DNA from: an uncultured Propionibacterium sp.
GTDB lineage: Bacteria; Actinomycetota; Actinomycetes; Propionibacteriales; Propionibacteriaceae
Assembly: GCA_938036835.1 (NCBI GenBank)
Contig: CALHWB010000033.1
Location: forward strand, 4,815-68,814
Direction: 5' to 3'
DNA length: 64,000 bases
Positions 60,768 to 64,000 of the stretch are shown here, one piece after another. The number at the start of each line of letters is the position of its first letter. Positions within the stretch are counted from its first letter, which is position 1. The notes below the pieces were generated by a model. That model searched no databases, had not been told where the DNA came from, and was given only the letters and a program-made list of their open reading frames with translations. Position numbers and translations under genes: made by a program.

Positions 60768-62183
60768 ATGGCTGAACTGATCCTGCACGATGACCGGTTG
60801 TTCCCGCCCGACGACCGGACGCGGCAGATTGCCCGCAGCATCTACGCCCAGACCCGTGACCTGCCCATCATCTCCCCACATGGTCATGTGCCGCCGGGGT
60901 GGCTAGCCGATGATGTGTCGTTCGGCAATCCGACCAGACTGCTGTTGACCCCGGATCACTACATCAACCGGATCCTGCACGCCAATGGCGCAGAGCTGTC
61001 CGAACTGGGAGTCCCGGTCGCCCGGACCGACATGACCGAACAGGACAATCGCCGGGCCTGGCGCATCTTCTGCACCAACTGGGCGGCCTTCAACGCAACA
61101 GCCATGCGTTACTGGATGACCGATCAACTCGTTGGGCTATTCGGGGTCGGCAAACGACCCAGTGCCGAGACCGCGGACGAGATCTACGACACCATCCAGG
61201 CCTGGATCGACACCCACCGGCCTCGCCAGCTGATGGCCCAGTTCAACATCTCCTTCCTGGCCACGACCGATGATCCCTGCGACGATCTCGCTCAGCACGC
61301 CAGGCTGGCCGCCGACACCGGATTCAGCGGCCGCCACCGTGTGGCGCCTACCTTCCGTCCCGACCGATACCTGGAGCCCGACCGACGGGACTGGAACGAT
61401 CTGACCGATCGACTCGGCGAGGTTTCGGGGATCGACACCGGCTCGCTGGCGGGCTACACCGCGGCGATGGAGAACCGGCGTGCCTATTTCGCCGCGCATG
61501 GTGCGGTTTCCTCCGACCATTCCCACGATGATCTGCGCGCGGAATACCTTCCCGATGGGGACGCCGAACGGCTTTACGGGAAGGCTCGTGCGGGCCAGAT
61601 CGGCCGCGGCGAGGCCGATGCCCTGCGCCGCCACCTCATGATGGATCAGGTTCGAATGGCCACCGAGGATGGCCTCACCCTGACGCTGCATCCGGCGGTT
61701 CTGCGGGATCACGATTCGGCCACCGCGCGGGTCTATGGGGCCGATGTGGGCTGCGATATCCCGTTCCGGGTGGAGTTCACCCATGCGCTGCGCCCCATGC
61801 TGAACGCCTTCGGCAACCACCCAAATCTCAACCTGGTGCTGTTCACCCTGGACGAGGACACGTACTCGCGTGAGATCGCGCCCTTGGCCGGTTTCTACCG
61901 CTCGGTCTATATCGGGGTGCCGTGGTGGTTCATCGATGCGCCCGAATCGATCATGCGATTCAAGCAGGCGGTCACCGAGATGGCCGGTTTCAGCCGGATC
62001 TCGGGCATGGTCGACGACACCCGGGCCTTCTGCTCCATTCCTGCACGGCATGACATGATGCGCCGGTTGGATGCCGCTCATCTGGCTGGCCTGGTCGCGG
62101 TCCATCGGCTGGCCGAGGACGAGGCGATCGAGCAGGCCGTCGAGTTGGTCAGTGCCAATCCGACGAAGGTGTTCAAATTGTGA
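60768..62183 (+). CDS. uxaC: Glucuronate isomerase
   Basis: LPIISPHGH, PDHY, TTDDP, PTFRPD, PWWF, DDTRAFCSIPARHD. Confidence 0.95.
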   Translation: MAELILHDDRLFPPDDRTRQIARSIYAQTRDLPIISPHGHVPPGWLADDVSFGNPTRLLLTPDHYINRILHANGAELSELGVPVARTDMTEQDNRRAWRIFCTNWAAFNATAMRYWMTDQLVGLFGVGKRPSAETADEIYDTIQAWIDTHRPRQLMAQFNISFLATTDDPCDDLAQHARLAADTGFSGRHRVAPTFRPDRYLEPDRRDWNDLTDRLGEVSGIDTGSLAGYTAAMENRRAYFAAHGAVSSDHSHDDLRAEYLPDGDAERLYGKARAGQIGRGEADALRRHLMMDQVRMATEDGLTLTLHPAVLRDHDSATARVYGADVGCDIPFRVEFTHALRPMLNAFGNHPNLNLVLFTLDEDTYSREIAPLAGFYRSVYIGVPWWFIDAPESIMRFKQAVTEMAGFSRISGMVDDTRAFCSIPARHDMMRRLDAAHLAGLVAVHRLAEDEAIEQAVELVSANPTKVFKL

Positions 62184-63571
62184 ATGACGTTTTGAGCCGG
62201 GCGGTACACGGCAGACCGGCCGCCCCGATCCGGATCATCCATCTTGGGATCGGGAATTTCGCCCGCGCCCATCAGGCCTGGTATACCGAGCATGCCAGCG
62301 ATGCCGGCCAGTGGGGGATAGCTGGTTTCCCCGGCCGCACCACCCTGACACCCCGGGAATCGGCGCGCGATGCTGCCCTAGACGCCCAGCAGGGGTTGTA
62401 CCAGCTCGATATCCAGGCGCCAGAGGGGGACCAGGTCGAGGTGATCGGTTCGGTCAGCGCCAGCTACCGCTCGCACGATATCGGATCGTGGCCGCGCCTG
62501 TTCGCCGATCCTCAGGTGGCGATCGTCACCTCGACGATCACCGAGGCCGGCTATTGCCGCGATGCCGCTGGGGATCTTGATCTCGCCCATCCGGCGGTGA
62601 TCGCCGATCTTAACAAACTGAAAAGCGGCCGGTTGGATGCCGCCGTGTTCACCGGGCCTGCCAAGTTCGTCCGCGGGTTGCTTGCCCGCCGGGCCGCGGA
62701 TGCCGGTCCCATCACCTTCGTACCCTGCGACAACATCCCCGGGAACGGCACGGTGGCCGAGCGGATCATCCGGCAGGCAGCCGGATATGTCGATCCCGGG
62801 CTGACCGGCTGGATCGATGACCATGTCGGTTTCGTCACCACCGTGGTGGACCGGATCACCCCGCGCGCCACGCCCGCCGATCACGCCCGGGCCGCCGGGT
62901 TGACCGGTATCGCCGATCCCGGACTGGTGGTTACCGAGCCCTTCGCGGAATGGGTGTTGGCCGGGGAGTTCAAGACCCCACACCCCGATTGGGCCTCCAG
63001 TGGGGCGCGATTCGTGACCGATATCGTCCCGCACGAGCAACGCAAGCTCTATTTGTTGAATGGCGCGCATTCGTTGATGGCCTATTGCGCCCCGGTGCTG
63101 GGATTGCGGACCGTCCATGAGGCGATCGCCGATCAGCGAGTCCGGGATTGGGTCGGTGAATACTGGGACGATGCGGTGCGGCAGGTGCCGCTCCCGGAGG
63201 CCGACAAGGCGGCCTATCGACGGGCTCTGCTGACCCGGTTCGGTAATCCGGCGATGCGGGATCAACTAGCGAGAATCGCGATGGACGGCTCGCAGAAGCT
63301 GCCGATCCGGATCGTCCCCCATCTCCAGGCCGCTGCCGCGCGGGGCGCGGTTGCCTGCGGCGCCGCCCGGGTGGTGGCGGGCTGGGTGCTGCATCTGCGG
63401 GGGCTGGGTTCCCCGGTATCGGATCCGATGGCCGGGGAACTGGCCAGGCTAGCAAGCGGCGATCTGGCCGGCTCGGTGCGGGGGATTCTCGAGTTCCTCG
63501 GGGTGCCGGACGAGCCTACCGGCAGGATGGTGCTGGCCTTGGCCCAGGAACTGCTGGGATTGCGAGTTTGA
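62180..63571 (+). CDS. Mannitol-dehydrogenase family, probably fructuronate reductase (UxuB-like)
   Basis: IHLGIGNFARAHQ, CDN, VDRITP, KLYLLNGAHS, DGSQKL; coupled to uxaC. Confidence 0.88.
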   Translation: MNDVLSRAVHGRPAAPIRIIHLGIGNFARAHQAWYTEHASDAGQWGIAGFPGRTTLTPRESARDAALDAQQGLYQLDIQAPEGDQVEVIGSVSASYRSHDIGSWPRLFADPQVAIVTSTITEAGYCRDAAGDLDLAHPAVIADLNKLKSGRLDAAVFTGPAKFVRGLLARRAADAGPITFVPCDNIPGNGTVAERIIRQAAGYVDPGLTGWIDDHVGFVTTVVDRITPRATPADHARAAGLTGIADPGLVVTEPFAEWVLAGEFKTPHPDWASSGARFVTDIVPHEQRKLYLLNGAHSLMAYCAPVLGLRTVHEAIADQRVRDWVGEYWDDAVRQVPLPEADKAAYRRALLTRFGNPAMRDQLARIAMDGSQKLPIRIVPHLQAAAARGAVACGAARVVAGWVLHLRGLGSPVSDPMAGELARLASGDLAGSVRGILEFLGVPDEPTGRMVLALAQELLGLRV

Positions 63572-63576
63572 ACCGG

Positions 63577-63618
63577 CCGTTGTGGGGTGCGGGCCGTGCG
63601 AGCCGCACCCCACAACGG
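63577..63618. terminator. Hairpin between convergent genes
   Basis: 16-bp perfect stem CCGTTGTGGGGTGCGG / CCGCACCCCACAACGG. Confidence 0.8.
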
Positions 63619-63624
63619 GAATGG

Positions 63625-64000
63625 TCAATTGCTGATGGCGTTCGGCCAGGGCCGCTCGGTGACGGTCTGGACCGCGCTGGCGAAATCGTTGGCCGAATCG
63701 CAGACCTCCCAGGCAAACTTGATGATGTTGTAGATCAAGGTGATGATCTTGATGGCCGCGTTTATCGACTTGAACAGCTTGGGCAGCAGCTTGGTTACCG
63801 CCTTCAGGTCTTTGACGGCGCTAATGATGTCCGTGATCCCGCCGGTGAGGTCGCTGACCAGGGCTTCGGTTGCCGCCACCGCCCGATCACCCAATTCGGT
63901 GGTCTTTTCGGCGAACCGTTTGGTGGCTTCCACCGTGGGCTTGCCACCCTGCTCGTACTGCTCTTGGGCGCGGGCCAGGAACTCCTCACCCGACTTGGAA
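63625..64000 (-). CDS. Hypothetical helical protein, 3' part (5' end outside the window)
   Basis: Open frame with strong coding bias running to the window edge; no diagnostic motif. Confidence 0.55.
   Translation of the reverse strand, partial: SKSGEEFLARAQEQYEQGGKPTVEATKRFAEKTTELGDRAVAATEALVSDLTGGITDIISAVKDLKAVTKLLPKLFKSINAAIKIITLIYNIIKFAWEVCDSANDFASAVQTVTERPWPNAISN

Noticed and set aside
63625..64000. WXG100/type VII secretion substrate call
   Set aside because: The helical character fits, but no WxG motif is visible in the truncated portion.

Overview
High-GC actinobacterial DNA, probably Propionibacteriaceae (inferred from gene content and protein style). About 4.2-39.9 kb is a decayed, composite defence island abutting the 3' end of tRNA-His. 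Its intact core is a minus-strand type 1 BREX operon: Xis-like HTH, brxA, brxB, brxC, pglX, [RloC-like ATPase-HEPN], [YhcG/DUF1016 nuclease], pglZ, brxL, then an extra PD-(D/E)xK nuclease fusion. The most striking signal is that the RloC-like gene lies in a ~2.6 kb cassette bounded by a 12-bp direct repeat (CCTTGATGAYGG) at the LDDG codons of pglX. The cassette supplies a new PglX C-terminus, and the original tail is stranded downstream, still overlapping the yhcG start. The island also holds a VapBC-type toxin-antitoxin pair, an ApeA-like protein, a ~1200-aa nuclease split by a +1 frameshift, a fragmented DUF1156/YhcG/DUF499 system, and relaxase, C5-methylase and IS remnants. The flanks are host genes: AlkZ-like, TetRs, orn, tRNA-Arg, PrsW, a dynamin-like pair, ettA, lipid genes and a hexuronate cluster (uxaC, uxuB-like, LarA-family, gnd). 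All family calls come from motif recognition by eye; no searches were run.
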